Source: an uncultured Gammaproteobacteria bacterium (GTDB lineage: Bacteria > Patescibacteriota > Microgenomatia > Daviesbacterales > UBA10151). Taken from it: 46,010 nt of DNA. The DNA lies in NCBI GenBank assembly GCA_964504665.1, contig CAZDEH010000005.1, forward strand, positions 1-46,010. The letters are read 5' to 3'. The translations under genes and the position numbers were made by a program. The notes below the pieces were generated by a model. That model was not told the DNA's origin, searched no databases, and saw only the letters and a list, made by a program, of their open reading frames with translations. Below, in pieces: positions 17,450-27,822 of the stretch (its first letter is position 1; every line of letters begins with the position of its first letter).

Positions 17450-18235
17450 ATGGGAAAGCGATCAAGGTTGAAATCGAGTACAGTAGCGATTAGAACTGAG
17501 CCAGAAATTAGTTATCTTCGAGAAAGCGGAAGGATTACAGCATTGGCTCTAAAAAAAGCAATTAGTTTCGCAAAAGTCGGAGTGAGCTTAATAGAAATTG
17601 ATAAAATTGCCGAAGAGGAAATTCTACGTCTTGGAGGGCAAGCATCTTTTAAAAGCGTACCGGGATATTTTTGGGCTACGTGTTTAACAGTTAATGAAGA
17701 AGTTGTTCATGGGATCCCCCGGGACATCAGGTTGAATAATGGTGATGTTTTAAGTATCGATTTAGGTGCAAATTATAAAGGTTGGCATACAGACTCTGCT
17801 TGGACAATAATAGTTGGCTCAGGGGATAGTGAGAAAAAAAGATTTTTACGTATTGGGGAAGAAACCCTATGGAAATCTATTGCAGAGTGTAAAAAAGAAA
17901 ATCAAATTGGTGATATTTCAGCTACCATTCAATCTGGCATTGAACAAGCAGGATACAGTGTAGTAAAGAGTTTGTCAGGTCACGGCGTCGGAAGAAAACC
18001 GCACGAAGAACCGGTTATCCCTGAATATGGTAGTTTTAAAACAGGTATGTTTTTGAAATCAGGTATGAGTTTAGCAATAGAAGTGATCTATACTGAAGGT
18101 AAAGGTGATATCTATCAAAAAGAAGATAACTGGACATTAGCCTCAGTTGATAAATCTCTTGGAGGTCTTTTTGAGATGAGCGTTATTGTAAATAAAGAGA
18201 AAGCTAATGTGTTGACAGACTGGAGAAAGGTATAA
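17450..18235 (+). CDS. map: Methionine aminopeptidase type I
   Basis: NEEVVHGIP, DLG...DSA, GHGVG...HEEP, AIE. Confidence 0.96.
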   Translation: MGKRSRLKSSTVAIRTEPEISYLRESGRITALALKKAISFAKVGVSLIEIDKIAEEEILRLGGQASFKSVPGYFWATCLTVNEEVVHGIPRDIRLNNGDVLSIDLGANYKGWHTDSAWTIIVGSGDSEKKRFLRIGEETLWKSIAECKKENQIGDISATIQSGIEQAGYSVVKSLSGHGVGRKPHEEPVIPEYGSFKTGMFLKSGMSLAIEVIYTEGKGDIYQKEDNWTLASVDKSLGGLFEMSVIVNKEKANVLTDWRKV

Positions 18236-18284
18236 ACTCATAGTCTTGTAATTTGAGGCTATTTTTGTTAAAATATTAAATTAC

Positions 18285-18527
18285 ATGGATCAGGATACAA
18301 TTGAGGTTGAAGGAAAGATTATCGCGGTTCTGCCAAATACTCTGTTTAGGGTGGAAATTGATAGAGCTTCTGATTTGCCGGAGCTTGTGGGGAAGACGAT
18401 TTTGGCCCATATTTCAGGTAAAATGCGGTTACATTATATTAAACTTTTGACAGGTGACCGGGTGAGGATGGAGATGAGTCCGAAATATGATCTGACGAAA
18501 GCGAGAATTACTTTTAGGTTAAAATAA
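18285..18527 (+). CDS. infA: Translation initiation factor IF-1
   Basis: [20 protein letters not shown]. Confidence 0.97.
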   Translation: MDQDTIEVEGKIIAVLPNTLFRVEIDRASDLPELVGKTILAHISGKMRLHYIKLLTGDRVRMEMSPKYDLTKARITFRLK

Positions 18528-18537
18528 ATAAATATAT

Positions 18538-18654
18538 ATGAAAGTACAAGCAAGTATTAAAAAAAGATGTAAATTTTGTGAAGTTGTAAAACGAGAAGGT
18601 ACCCTTTATGTTATTTGTCCAAGAGATCCGAGGCACAAACAGCGTCAAGGATAA
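18538..18654 (+). CDS. rpmJ: 50S ribosomal protein L36 (absent from ORF track)
   Basis: [38 protein letters not shown]. Confidence 0.97.
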   Translation: MKVQASIKKRCKFCEVVKREGTLYVICPRDPRHKQRQG

Positions 18655-18661
18655 TAAAATT

Positions 18662-19057
18662 ATGAGAATTGCCGGAGTAAATTTACCTGATAATAAAAGA
18701 GTTGATATAGGGATTACTTATCTTTTTGGGATAGGGAGATCAAACGTATCAGCAGTACTTAAAGAAGCGGGAGTTGATGCCGCAAAAAGAATAAAAGACT
18801 TAACTGAAGAAGAAGTTGGTAAGCTGCAAAAAGCTTTAGATAAAGTTAAAATTGAAGGTGATCTAAGACAGGAAATTAATCAAAATATCAGAAGACTTGA
18901 AGAAATTGGGACTTACCGGGGGTCAAGACACCGGAAAGGTTTACCTGCTAGGGGGCAGCGGACCAGATCTAATGCCAGAACCAAACGGGGTAAAAGGAAA
19001 ACAGTAGGAACAGTCAGGAAAGAAGCAGAAGTGAAAGCCGCTCCAAAGACAACTTAA
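18662..19057 (+). CDS. rpsM: 30S ribosomal protein S13
   Basis: [28 protein letters not shown]. Confidence 0.99.
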   Translation: MRIAGVNLPDNKRVDIGITYLFGIGRSNVSAVLKEAGVDAAKRIKDLTEEEVGKLQKALDKVKIEGDLRQEINQNIRRLEEIGTYRGSRHRKGLPARGQRTRSNARTKRGKRKTVGTVRKEAEVKAAPKTT

Positions 19058-19064
19058 CAAAAAT

Positions 19065-19475
19065 ATGGCTAAAGTACAAATTAAAAAAACAATTAAACAG
19101 GTCAAAGCTAAGAAAGCGACAATAAAAGATGTAACATCGGGCAGAGTTTATGTCACTGCTACTTTCAATAATACTTTAGTGACTATTACTGACAACAAAG
19201 GTAACACAATTGCTTGGAGTAGTGCCGGGGCATCGGGATTTAAAGGTGCCAGAAAATCAACTCCATTTGCTGCAATTACTGCTGTGGAGAAAGTTGCAAC
19301 GAAGGCGAAATCTATGGGTATGGTTTCAGCAGAAGTATATATTAAAGGTCCCGGTTCAGGACGTGATGCGGCGATTAGGGCTCTTAAATCAGCCGGATTA
19401 AATATTACAATGATTGCTGATGTTACACCAGTTCCACATAACGGTACCAGGGCTAAAAAGAAAAGGAGAGTTTAA
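19065..19475 (+). CDS. rpsK: 30S ribosomal protein S11
   Basis: [22 protein letters not shown]. Confidence 0.99.
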   Translation: MAKVQIKKTIKQVKAKKATIKDVTSGRVYVTATFNNTLVTITDNKGNTIAWSSAGASGFKGARKSTPFAAITAVEKVATKAKSMGMVSAEVYIKGPGSGRDAAIRALKSAGLNITMIADVTPVPHNGTRAKKKRRV

Positions 19476-20078
19476 GTGGCTAGATATACCGGACCAAAAA
19501 GAAAATTAAGTAGACGTGAGGGAGTTGCATTATTTGCTAAAGATGCAGCCTTTATTGAAAGAAAAGGGGCAGTTATTCCGGGCTTTCATGGAACCAGAAG
19601 AGCCAGAAAGCAATCAGAATATGGCTTACAACTTAGGGAAAAACAAAAAGCAAAAAGAATGTTTGGATTAATGGAAAGGCAGTTTGCCAATTATGTGAAG
19701 AAAGCTAACAAAAGCCGCGGAAATACAGGTGAAAAGTTGTTATCACTTTTGGAAACGAGATTAGATAATGTGATTTACCGTTTGGGATTTAGCTCATCCC
19801 GGGCTTTTGCCAGGCAAATTGTGTCGCACGGTCATGTTAGCGTAGATAGTAAAAAAGTGACGATCCCTTCTTATCAACTGAAACTAGGAGCAACTGTTGC
19901 TATTTTAGGTAAAATGTCGGATAATACGGAGGTTCGAAAGAGTTTATCTTCGGACGTGACCTTGCCAGAGTGGTTGGAGCGGAAAGCCATAGTGGGCAAG
20001 GTTTTGCGATTGCCAAAACGCGACGAGATGGAACAGGGGATAAACGAAAAACTTATTGTGGAGTATTACAGCAGATAA
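19476..20078 (+). CDS. rpsD: 30S ribosomal protein S4
   Basis: ARYTGP, QLREKQK, LETRLDNV, VEYYSR. Confidence 0.99.
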   Translation: MARYTGPKRKLSRREGVALFAKDAAFIERKGAVIPGFHGTRRARKQSEYGLQLREKQKAKRMFGLMERQFANYVKKANKSRGNTGEKLLSLLETRLDNVIYRLGFSSSRAFARQIVSHGHVSVDSKKVTIPSYQLKLGATVAILGKMSDNTEVRKSLSSDVTLPEWLERKAIVGKVLRLPKRDEMEQGINEKLIVEYYSR

Positions 20079-20090
20079 ATTTATGATTTT

Positions 20091-21002
20091 ATGTTAAATT
20101 TTAAAATTAAAACAATTGCAGAAAATAGTAACAAAGGTACTTTTGAAATGGATCCCATGGAGCGTGGATTTGGGCATACAGTTGGTAATTGCCTGAGAAG
20201 AGTTTTATTAACTGCACTTCCCGGAGCAGCTATTTCAACAGTGAAGATTGACGGAGTTTCTCATCAATTTTCTACTATCACCGGAGTATCAGAAGACGTT
20301 ATTCAAATAATACTAAATCTAAAACTGGTTAGGTTAAAAGTTTTTTCTGATGGTCCTGTGAAGCTGTCTTTAAAAATAAGTGGTAAAAAAGAAGTGACAG
20401 CCAAAGATATCGAAGTTTTGAGCGGGGGAGAAATTGTTAACCCCACTCAACATATTTGCTCACTCACCAGCCCTTCTGCTAAATTAAATATTGAGATGAT
20501 TGCAGAGAAAGGTGTTGGATATATTGGGGCAGATGAAAAGAAAACTCAAGAAATTGGTGTAATGTCAATTGATTCTATTTTTACTCCTGTTTTATCTGTT
20601 GATTATAAAATAGAACCAACTAGGGTAGGTAGAAGTTCTAACTTTGATAAACTAATTATGGATATTGAAACAGATGGAACTACTTCTCCACTGGAAGCTT
20701 TGAACGAAGCAGCTAAAATTTTAAGCATTTATTTTCGTCAAATATACGAACCATCTTTTGAAGGTGAGGAGGTTATTATTGAACCTACCGTTTCCGAAGA
20801 TGTGCTAAAGATGAGTGTGGAAGAACTGGATTTACCGGTTAGGATTACAAACGCACTAAAGGCTGTTGACATTAATATGGTTGGTGAGTTAGTAATAACT
20901 CCCAGAGTGACTCTTCTAAAAGCTAAAAACTTAGGAGTTCAATCTTTAACTCTAATTACAGAGAAGTTAGCAGAAAGGGGTTTAACCTTAAGTGAGGCAT
21001 AA
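20091..21002 (+). CDS. rpoA: RNA polymerase alpha subunit
   Basis: GFGHTVGNCLRRVLL, IDSIFTPV, ETDG; CTD present. Confidence 0.99.
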   Translation: MLNFKIKTIAENSNKGTFEMDPMERGFGHTVGNCLRRVLLTALPGAAISTVKIDGVSHQFSTITGVSEDVIQIILNLKLVRLKVFSDGPVKLSLKISGKKEVTAKDIEVLSGGEIVNPTQHICSLTSPSAKLNIEMIAEKGVGYIGADEKKTQEIGVMSIDSIFTPVLSVDYKIEPTRVGRSSNFDKLIMDIETDGTTSPLEALNEAAKILSIYFRQIYEPSFEGEEVIIEPTVSEDVLKMSVEELDLPVRITNALKAVDINMVGELVITPRVTLLKAKNLGVQSLTLITEKLAERGLTLSEA

Positions 21003-21477
21003 TGTTTATGGTAAACACCTTGGAAGAGATAAAAATCAACGTACAGCCCTTTTTAGAGGGTTAATCCGCTCCCTGATCTTGCAAGGTTATATTGTTTCTA
21101 CAGAAGCCAAAATTAAATCTATTAAAGGTTTAGTAGATAAATTATTTGTTAAAGCCAAAAAAGGTGATCAAGCTTCATTAAATGTTTTGACCCGCACCAT
21201 TTTTCAAGCCGACGTTACCAAAAAAATTATCGAACTGGCAAAAGGATTTAAAACCAAAAACTCAGGTTTTACAGAAACAGTCAGACTTGGGATGAGGCAA
21301 GGAGATGGTAGTATGATGATGAGGATGAGCTTGATTAATGAGTCATCAGTCGTCAGTCGTCAGCCATCAGACGTCAAAGAAGAAAAAATAGTGGAGAAAA
21401 AAGAAGAAGTAGAATCTAAAGAAGAAATAACGAAACCTGAAAAAAAAGAAAAAAAGACGAGAAGGGTTAAAAAATAA
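20992..21477 (+). CDS. rplQ: 50S ribosomal protein L17 with charged tail
   Basis: MRH...LGR...RTALFR, RQGDG. Confidence 0.97.
   Translation: MRHNVYGKHLGRDKNQRTALFRGLIRSLILQGYIVSTEAKIKSIKGLVDKLFVKAKKGDQASLNVLTRTIFQADVTKKIIELAKGFKTKNSGFTETVRLGMRQGDGSMMMRMSLINESSVVSRQPSDVKEEKIVEKKEEVESKEEITKPEKKEKKTRRVKK
21341..21375 (+). repeat. Five degenerate heptamer tandem repeats inside rplQ
   Basis: agtcatc agtcgtc agtcgtc agccatc agacgtc. Confidence 0.7.
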
Positions 21478-21480
21478 TAT

Positions 21481-21918
21481 ATGTCCACAAATGCATTAAA
21501 AGCCTCGGAAATTAAAAGAAACTGGCATCTAATTGATGCTAAAGGGAAAATTTTGGGGAGATTATCCACTGAAATAGCCACTTTGTTGATGGGGAAGAAT
21601 AAACCAAATTATGTTAGCTATTTAGATTGTGGTGACTATGTTGTGGTTATAAATGCAAAATCAGTCAAAATAACAGGTAAAAAAGAATCTCAAAAGATCT
21701 ATACCAGACACTCAGGTTATCCCAATGGTTTAAGGCAAGAAAGTTTATCTGCCTTGCGCGCCCGAAAGCTGGAAGATATTATTATGCATGCAGTTAAAGG
21801 GATGATTCCGAAAACTAAATTAGGTAGAGATATGATTACAAAACTACATGTTTATGGAGGGGGCGAACACCCATATAAAAATCAATTGAAAGTTGAGGAT
21901 AAAGAGCATGCTAAATAA
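21481..21918 (+). CDS. rplM: 50S ribosomal protein L13
   Basis: WHLIDA, LGRL, GDYVVVINA, HSGYP. Confidence 0.99.
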   Translation: MSTNALKASEIKRNWHLIDAKGKILGRLSTEIATLLMGKNKPNYVSYLDCGDYVVVINAKSVKITGKKESQKIYTRHSGYPNGLRQESLSALRARKLEDIIMHAVKGMIPKTKLGRDMITKLHVYGGGEHPYKNQLKVEDKEHAK

Positions 21919-22306
21919 AGTACCGGTCCAAACTACAGGTAGAAGAAAAGAAGCAGTAGCCAGAGTCAGAGTTATGGAAGGTAACAGTCAGATAATTGTT
22001 AATGGAAAACCCATTGCGGAAATATTCCGTGGACAAATTTTTCAAAGACGTTATTTAAAACCTTTTGAAATCACTAAGACAATTGGTAAGTATACTGCTA
22101 CTTGTAAGGTTAGTGGTGGTGGACAGATGGCCCAACTTGATGCTGTAGTTCATGGGCTCGCCAGATCATTAGCTAAAATCTCCTCTGGTTTTAAAGATGA
22201 GGTCAAAAAAGCAGGACTCTTAACCCGTGATCCCAGAGCCAGAGAAAGAAGAAAATTTGGCTTAGCCCATGGCGCCAGAGCTAAAAAACAATCTCCAAAA
22301 AGATAA
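21908..22306 (+). CDS. rpsI: 30S ribosomal protein S9
   Basis: GRRKEAVAR, GGG, LLTRDPR.ERRK, C-terminal KR. Confidence 0.99.
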   Translation: MLNKVPVQTTGRRKEAVARVRVMEGNSQIIVNGKPIAEIFRGQIFQRRYLKPFEITKTIGKYTATCKVSGGGQMAQLDAVVHGLARSLAKISSGFKDEVKKAGLLTRDPRARERRKFGLAHGARAKKQSPKR

Positions 22307-22312
22307 TAAGTT

Positions 22313-22804
22313 TCAATTAGTAGATATATTAAGAGGTATTACTGTTTGTTTGGGGTTGGTTAAAAAAACACCATTGAAGATAGCTTTTCTTAATATTCTG
22401 CTTTCTGCAAAAGCAAAAGACCCATATCCTAAAAAACTTGATTGTTGTGGAACCTTCTTTAAGAGAAGATTTTTTAATCTAGCCTCTGTTGTATAAAAAA
22501 AGCCCAAAGCTGCTTCTGCCGCAGTAAATTGATCGATTGGCTGCAAGTATTCGCCTAGCTTACTGTCAGTATGTTCGGGATATGATATCTTCTTTGCTTT
22601 TACCAGCATTCTGGAAACCCAAGCCTCTTTTTTATTCCATCTAGAAACCATACCCTGGGAAATATAATATGGATCTACGAGTTGTGTTACTCTTTCATGG
22701 ACAATTGTTGGACTTAGTTGGGGAGATAATTCTTGCAAATTTTCAATACATTTATCAGCAACTTTTAGATTTTGTTCTATCAGATCACGGGAGGCTTCCT
22801 GCAA
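22313..22804 (-). CDS. Hypothetical protein
   Basis: 163-aa ORF with TTG start; true start uncertain. Confidence 0.5.
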   Translation of the reverse strand: MQEASRDLIEQNLKVADKCIENLQELSPQLSPTIVHERVTQLVDPYYISQGMVSRWNKKEAWVSRMLVKAKKISYPEHTDSKLGEYLQPIDQFTAAEAALGFFYTTEARLKNLLLKKVPQQSSFLGYGSFAFAESRILRKAIFNGVFLTNPKQTVIPLNISTN

Positions 22805-23108
22805 ATGTTGAGTATGAAAATCTTCAGCTAAATAAATTTTAATTTCAGCCGTATAATTACTACTATAATAGTAATTTTTAATACTTTTCCAAAATTAAAT
22901 CAATGGTTAGTTGTTAATTAAGGGAAAATGGGATATTGACGTTTGGGTTTTATTTGGTGTAATGTAAATCAATAGTCACAAAATTGGTAATTTTTGGAAT
23001 CTGCCTATGAATATTCTAATATATTCCGAAGACTAGATTATTGGGTAGGGTTATAGGTATACTTTAGAATATCAAAACTAATACGACAATAAAATATAAT
23101 TATTAATT

Positions 23109-23963
23109 ATGACTACAAATTTACTTAAGGCATTAATAAATTTAATTAACAATCCAATTATAAATTTAGCTGATCATTACCGTTCCACAAACAGGGTAAA
23201 TAATATGGGTAATGCCTTAGAATTTTATATAAAGGACCTCTTTTGTGGTTCACTCAATGAAAACAATCTTGAAAAGAAAAATGAAACTTACAACCGATAT
23301 TTTTCCTATATTGGGAACCAGAATAATCCACCGGATATTATAATTAAGCAAGGTGATGCGATTGAAGTAAAGAAAATAGAAAGTTTGCGTTCGGGAATTG
23401 CATTAAATAGCTCATACCCAAAAGATAAATTATATTCCGATAGTCCGATGATTACTACGGCTTGTCGAAACTGCGAAAATTGGCGCGAGAAAGATTTAAT
23501 TTATGCTATCGGCGTTTCGAAAGAAAACAAGCTGAAAGCGTTATGGTTTGTTTATGGTGATTGCTATTCGGCAAATAAAGAAGTTTACGAAAGAATAAGG
23601 GGTAAAATTTCAAAAGGTGTTAATGAGTTGCAAGATGTTGGATTCTCGGAAACAAACGAATTAGGACGAGTTAACAAAGTTGATCCTTTAGGGATTACTT
23701 ACCTACGAATTCGTGGGATGTGGGGGATTGAGAATCCAATTAAAGTTTTTAACTATATTACTACTATCAGCCAAGAAGCCGAATTTGCAGTTAATGCCGT
23801 TATTCTTAGAGAGAAATACTTATCATTTCCAGAAGATGATAGAGAAGATATTGAGCAATTAATTAGTGGGAATTTCACTATAAAGGATGTTAAAATAAAG
23901 TCTCCGAACAATCCAGCAGACTTACTTGAAGCAAAACTTGTTAATTTTACAAAAATAATATGA
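23109..23963 (+). CDS. Type II restriction endonuclease, NgoPII-like (GGCC)
   Basis: GNQNNPPD...DAIEVKK (PD-ExK), LNSSYPK, VDPLGITYLRIRGMW recalled from the NgoPII family; coupled to a C5 MTase. Confidence 0.85.
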   Translation: MTTNLLKALINLINNPIINLADHYRSTNRVNNMGNALEFYIKDLFCGSLNENNLEKKNETYNRYFSYIGNQNNPPDIIIKQGDAIEVKKIESLRSGIALNSSYPKDKLYSDSPMITTACRNCENWREKDLIYAIGVSKENKLKALWFVYGDCYSANKEVYERIRGKISKGVNELQDVGFSETNELGRVNKVDPLGITYLRIRGMWGIENPIKVFNYITTISQEAEFAVNAVILREKYLSFPEDDREDIEQLISGNFTIKDVKIKSPNNPADLLEAKLVNFTKII

Positions 23964-25000
23964 AGATTGTATCTTTATTTACTGGTGCAGGTGGCTTGGA
24001 TCTTGGTTTTAAAAAAACAGGGTTTGAAATTATTTGGGCTAATGAATTTGATCCAACTATTTGGGATACTCTCGAATATAATTTTCCAGAAACCAAGCTA
24101 GATAAACGAAGTATTGTCAATATTCCTTTGGTTGATATACCTTTTACTGACGGAATTATAGGTGGACCTCCATGTCAAAGTTGGAGTGAAGCTGGGGTTG
24201 GTCGGGGGATTAATGATAAGCGCGGGCAATTATTTTTTGATTATGTAAGAATCTTAAAAGATAAGCAACCTTTGTTTTTTTTAGCAGAAAATGTTTCAGG
24301 AATTCTTTTACCAAGACATAGAGAAGCGTTTAAGGAAATATTAAGGCAATTTAATGAAGCTGGATATAACGTTAGTTTTAAATTACTTAATGCAAATGAT
24401 TATGGAGTCCCAGAGGACCGTTTGCGGGTTATCATTGTAGGATATCACAAACAAAAATTAGGAATTACTTTTGAATTTCCAAAATCACGTAGTCATAAAC
24501 CAACATTAAAAGAGGCAATTTGGGATTTACGTTTAGCAAAACCGGCAAAACCATTTAATAAAACTAACGGAGAGAATTTACATGTTTCGAACCATGAATA
24601 TATGATAGGAGGGTTTTCGTCTATTTATATGTCTAGGAATAGGGTAAGAAGCTGGAATGAACCATCTTTTACCATACAAGCCGGGGGAAGGCATGCACCC
24701 ATCCATCCACAAGCACCTAAAATGAAATTTATTGAACAGAATATAAGAATTTTTATCCCTGGTCAAGAGCACCTATATCGCAGACTTTCAGTTAGGGAAT
24801 GTGCAAGAATACAAACTTTTCCTGATGACTTTATCTTCAAGTATAAAAATATTGCCGATGGGTATAAAATGATTGGAAATGCTGTTCCTGTCGAATTCGC
24901 AAAAGCCATTGCCCAAAAGATTATAGAGGATTTAAAAGCATTCAAGGAGATTTCTTTAGAAGAAAGTCTCTTAGGTCAAGGCCCGCACAATTTTGTTTAA
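23960..25000 (+). CDS. DNA (cytosine-5) methyltransferase, M.HaeIII-like
   Basis: LFTGAGG, GGPPCQ, ENV, MSRNRVR.WNEP.FT.QA.GR, IGNAVP. Confidence 0.95.
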   Translation: MKIVSLFTGAGGLDLGFKKTGFEIIWANEFDPTIWDTLEYNFPETKLDKRSIVNIPLVDIPFTDGIIGGPPCQSWSEAGVGRGINDKRGQLFFDYVRILKDKQPLFFLAENVSGILLPRHREAFKEILRQFNEAGYNVSFKLLNANDYGVPEDRLRVIIVGYHKQKLGITFEFPKSRSHKPTLKEAIWDLRLAKPAKPFNKTNGENLHVSNHEYMIGGFSSIYMSRNRVRSWNEPSFTIQAGGRHAPIHPQAPKMKFIEQNIRIFIPGQEHLYRRLSVRECARIQTFPDDFIFKYKNIADGYKMIGNAVPVEFAKAIAQKIIEDLKAFKEISLEESLLGQGPHNFV

Positions 25001-25372
25001 AGATCTCTCAAAATCCTTCAATAGTTAATGTTCCCAAACCCTTACAACTTTCCAGCCTGCATTCTTTAATTTTCTAGTGTACACTTTATCCCTTTTCTTA
25101 TTTTTTTATAATTTTGTTTAATTAATATTTTGATAGTTTGCCTGCCCTCTTTTGTAAGATATAACCGTGCCAAAAATCACCATCAATGAAAATTGCTACC
25201 TTCTTTCTTGTATAAACGATATCTGGCTTACCAAAAACTTTAAATTTGTGTAGGCGATAACCTTTAAAACCCAAAGACCACATTTTTTTCTAACAATCAG
25301 CTCTATTGAAGTGTCCCTGTCCTTAATGTGCGACATAATAAAACTTCTCTTTTCTTTAGAGAATTTGTCCAT
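24971..25372 (-). pseudogene. vsr: Very-short-patch repair endonuclease pseudogene (absent from ORF track)
   Basis: MDKFSKEKRSFIMSHIK..DTSIE / GKPDIV...AIFIDGDFWHG / NKKRD...GWKVVRVWEH; two A-run frameshifts and two in-frame TAA. Confidence 0.9.
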
Positions 25373-25632
25373 GCCTTTGTATTTGATGTATGATACTATA
25401 AAATCTACCTGAGGTCTAAATCTTGGTAGTTTATTAATATAATTTTGAAAAACCTAAAGAAATAGTTGATGAAAATAAATTAAATAGACTCACGTTGAAA
25501 TAATCACAAGACAACTTTTTGATTTTGTTTTGGATAAATTATAATTATGGAACAATCAAAAGAATTCATCCAATATCTTGACTTCGGGGAATATTTGGCT
25601 TAATGTAGGATGAAAGTTTCCTGTTAAAGCCA

Positions 25633-26895
25633 ATGAAAAAAATCATAAAAAGAGTAAAGATATTTTTCAAAAATTTACTACTGAAACTGAGGGCTTATTT
25701 TAAGAGGTTGCTTTTTCCTGTCTATTTATTTCCTTTTAAAATTATCACTTATTCCCTGTATTATCTTATTTTATTTACAATTAAATTAATTATTGCTTTT
25801 TTAGGATTAGTTTTGGACTGTCTAAGATATCCGTTTAAATCCCTGAAACATTTTTTAAGATTTGTTTTACTTCTTGTGGTATTTTTATATCTTGTGGCGT
25901 CACTGTTTGTAATTGCTGATTATCTACGCACTCAATACGGGTTTTACGGTAAGTTTCTATGTTCATTCGATACTAAAGAGAGATTATTAAATTCAGTAGT
26001 TCGGATAGTCGGGGGCTATTCTGAAGGTTCTGGATTTTTTATAGCTCCTGGTCAGGTGATTACCAATTTCCATGTTATCGCTGATGAACCCAGTCCGAAG
26101 ATTATTTTTCCTGACGGAAGTTTTACTACTCCTGTAAAAATTGTCGGTGATAAAAATATTGACTTGGCAGTTTTATTTACCGGAAAAAACTATCCCGAAA
26201 AGGTTTTTAATATGCCTGATAAAGTGGTCCTATATGGTGAAGAGCCACTGATCTCAGCAGGTTATCCTCTGGGAACCAGTTTAGCCGGAAATGCTACAAT
26301 CCTTAGGGGTAATTTTATTGATTACCGCGGTGGGAAAAAAAGTCCAGTATATTATATCCAGACCGGAATTAGTTTGGTGCAGGGAATGAGCGGGGGACCT
26401 CTAACTGATCAATGCGGGCAAGTCGTAGGTATTAATACTTTAAGTTTGACCGGAATGTCGCTTTTTATCGCTGCTGATCAGGCTAAATCAATTATTCCCG
26501 CCTTTACTGATCAGGCAATCACCAAAATTAACGTTGATCCTTCTCTCTCGCCGCAAGATTCAGTCAAAGCTTTTTATACATACCTTAAAGCCCGCAGAAT
26601 GGAAGACGGTTTTAATCTTTTAAGCCGCGAATATCTGAAAAAGACCAATTTTGAGGAGTGGACTAACAGATTTAAGGATATTTTAGATGTAGATATAATT
26701 AAATCTGAGAAGTACCAGGATATTACTGATACTGCTTTTATTAAGTTCTCCACCAAAAATTGGGTGGATGGTGAAGCTGAAGTTCACTTTTATGAAGGAA
26801 TTTGGCAAACTATTAGAGAGGATGGAGTTTATAAAATGCTTAAAAGTAAAATTTTAGAGGTTGATAATCCCGGGATGAGCTGGTTTTATGAGTAA
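25633..26895 (+). CDS. Membrane-anchored trypsin-like (S1) serine protease with C-terminal extra domain
   Basis: GSGF, TNFHV, DLAVL, GMSGGPL; N-terminal TM region. Confidence 0.9.
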   Translation: MKKIIKRVKIFFKNLLLKLRAYFKRLLFPVYLFPFKIITYSLYYLILFTIKLIIAFLGLVLDCLRYPFKSLKHFLRFVLLLVVFLYLVASLFVIADYLRTQYGFYGKFLCSFDTKERLLNSVVRIVGGYSEGSGFFIAPGQVITNFHVIADEPSPKIIFPDGSFTTPVKIVGDKNIDLAVLFTGKNYPEKVFNMPDKVVLYGEEPLISAGYPLGTSLAGNATILRGNFIDYRGGKKSPVYYIQTGISLVQGMSGGPLTDQCGQVVGINTLSLTGMSLFIAADQAKSIIPAFTDQAITKINVDPSLSPQDSVKAFYTYLKARRMEDGFNLLSREYLKKTNFEEWTNRFKDILDVDIIKSEKYQDITDTAFIKFSTKNWVDGEAEVHFYEGIWQTIREDGVYKMLKSKILEVDNPGMSWFYE

Positions 26896-27063
26896 TAAAA
26901 AATAGTTGTTGAGATGGGGAGAGTTGTAATCTGTTCAATTTTAAATACTTATCCTCAGAGATATACTAGCCATAGGCTGATAATCATTTCTGGTATATTA
27001 AATTGAAAGTTAAATTGACATCTAAGTTCTATAAGTATAATATCAGTACAAACAAACGGATAG

Positions 27064-27777
27064 ATGAAAATCAAAATTATAAATTTAGTGGTTGTGTTAG
27101 TATTCTTCCTCGGATTAACTGCTACTTCTGCATATGCTAGTACATTCTCTGATAATTTTAATGATGGTAATGCTGACGGATGGTGGTTGGGATATCAACA
27201 AGGAGCACCCTGGAAGCCTGGTAACTGGAGGGTTGAGGATGGTATGTTGGTGCAGGATGACGGCGGTGATAATTTTATAGCTACATATGAAGGATTACAA
27301 CTTTCTTCCCAAAAAGTCCAAGCGGACTTTAGTTTTAAGAACGCTTCTGGTTATGGGGGATTAATACTCTGGTATAAGAATGATGATAACTGGGTGTATG
27401 TTAGGTTATACCCAGGGGTACAGGGCTTATGGTTCTCGGAAGATATTAATGGTGAAGATACTAACACTTTTTATACGTATATTGCACCCGATACTACTTG
27501 GTACACAATAAAGGTGAAAGCAAATAAATCTGGAATTTTAGATGTTTATGTTAACGGCAGTTACATCCTAAGTCATCAAACACAAACCTCTGACCGTTAT
27601 GGTAAATCAGGAGTATTTAACGGAAACGCTGGAGGGTATATTGATAATTTTTCTCTTACGTGGGGTCCCACTAATAAAAATGAGTGTAAAAATAGCGGAT
27701 GGAAAGTATTTACTAACCCCACCTTTAAAAATCAAGGAGCTTGTGTAAATAATCTTGAAAAACACATATTTCAATAG
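27064..27777 (+). CDS. Secreted beta-sandwich (lectin/ConA-like) protein with short Cys-containing C-terminal motif
   Basis: Signal peptide; FSDNFNDGNADGW; CKNSGW...FKNQGACV. Confidence 0.7.
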   Translation: MKIKIINLVVVLVFFLGLTATSAYASTFSDNFNDGNADGWWLGYQQGAPWKPGNWRVEDGMLVQDDGGDNFIATYEGLQLSSQKVQADFSFKNASGYGGLILWYKNDDNWVYVRLYPGVQGLWFSEDINGEDTNTFYTYIAPDTTWYTIKVKANKSGILDVYVNGSYILSHQTQTSDRYGKSGVFNGNAGGYIDNFSLTWGPTNKNECKNSGWKVFTNPTFKNQGACVNNLEKHIFQ

Positions 27778-27822
27778 TTAGGTCAAGGAAAGTTAAATAA
27801 AAAAGAGTATAATAAGCCTATA

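Noticed and set aside
17459-17476. Mini-hairpin in the map N-terminal extension
   Set aside because: Only a weak interrupted stem; cannot support an element call
23011-23072. 9-bp inverted repeat upstream of the R-M operon as an ncRNA
   Set aside because: AT-rich arms with no further support; no controller gene seen
25545-25570. Possible decayed rpsI 3'-end copy (aacaatc-aaaaga)
   Set aside because: Too short and A-rich to distinguish from chance
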